DNA of 37,344 nucleotides from Acidimicrobiaceae bacterium (GTDB lineage: Bacteria > Actinomycetota > Acidimicrobiia > Actinomarinales > Actinomarinaceae): NCBI GenBank assembly GCA_028344675.1, contig JAOMBT010000006.1:1-37344 (forward strand), in the 5' to 3' direction. Below the pieces are notes generated by a model, which had not been told where the DNA came from, did not search any database, and was given only the letters and a program-made list of their open reading frames with translations. A program made the position numbers and the translations under genes. Shown in pieces: positions 37,195 through 37,344 of this stretch (position 1 is the stretch's first letter; each line of letters begins with the position of its first letter).

Positions 37195-37344
37195 AAATAT
37201 TGCAATAAGTTGGGTTGAAAAAGGCAGTCTTACTAGAAATTTATTCCTTTCTTTAGGGTTTGCAATAGTTACAGCATTAAGTGCTCAGATTAGAATAGCT
37301 ATCCCTATTTCCCCAGTGCCAATAACTGGCCAAACATTTGTCGT
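37175..37344 (+). CDS. bioY: biotin transporter BioY (3' end runs off the window)
   Basis: Not in the ORF track. ATG 37175 after AGGAG gives METFPSKNIAISWVEKGSLTRNLFLSLGFAIVTALSAQIRIAIPISPVPITGQTFV; PVPITGQTF is the BioY signature; biotin gene context. Confidence 0.88.
   Translation, partial: METFPSKNIAISWVEKGSLTRNLFLSLGFAIVTALSAQIRIAIPISPVPITGQTFV

Overview
AT-rich, densely packed bacterial chromosome segment with many overlapping or abutting genes. Gene content and order (mfd-mazG-eno-ftsB/divIC-DUF501-ppx-tRNA-Leu, rplY-pth, an MsiK-like sugar ATPase, and a short DTE rhodopsin between a photolyase and a dsbB/thiol-disulfide pair) point to a streamlined low-GC marine actinobacterium like 'Ca. 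Actinomarina' (inference). From left to right it holds: partial sufB, an M23 peptidase, an orphan N4C/N6A methyltransferase, a heterodimeric ABC exporter, a split-barrel flavoprotein-MenA fusion plus menG, a TlpA-like redoxin plus dsbB, rhodopsin, a class II photolyase, a sugar ABC cluster (two binding proteins, a ROK kinase, an unknown lipoprotein), tRNA-Leu(TAA), the housekeeping block, a DrrAB-like ABC pair, tRNA-Arg(CCT), suhB, a bi-domain oxidoreductase, birA, an acyl-CoA carboxylase beta subunit and partial bioY. I saw no mobile element or CRISPR array. Most interesting: (1) the same 18-bp Rex/CRP-like palindrome, TTGTG(A/C)A-N4-(T/A)TCACA, lies in the promoters of both the rhodopsin gene and the menA-menG operon, suggesting phototrophy and menaquinone synthesis share a regulator; (2) MenA carries a fused flavin split-barrel domain; (3) the ROK kinase has lost most of its zinc ligands.
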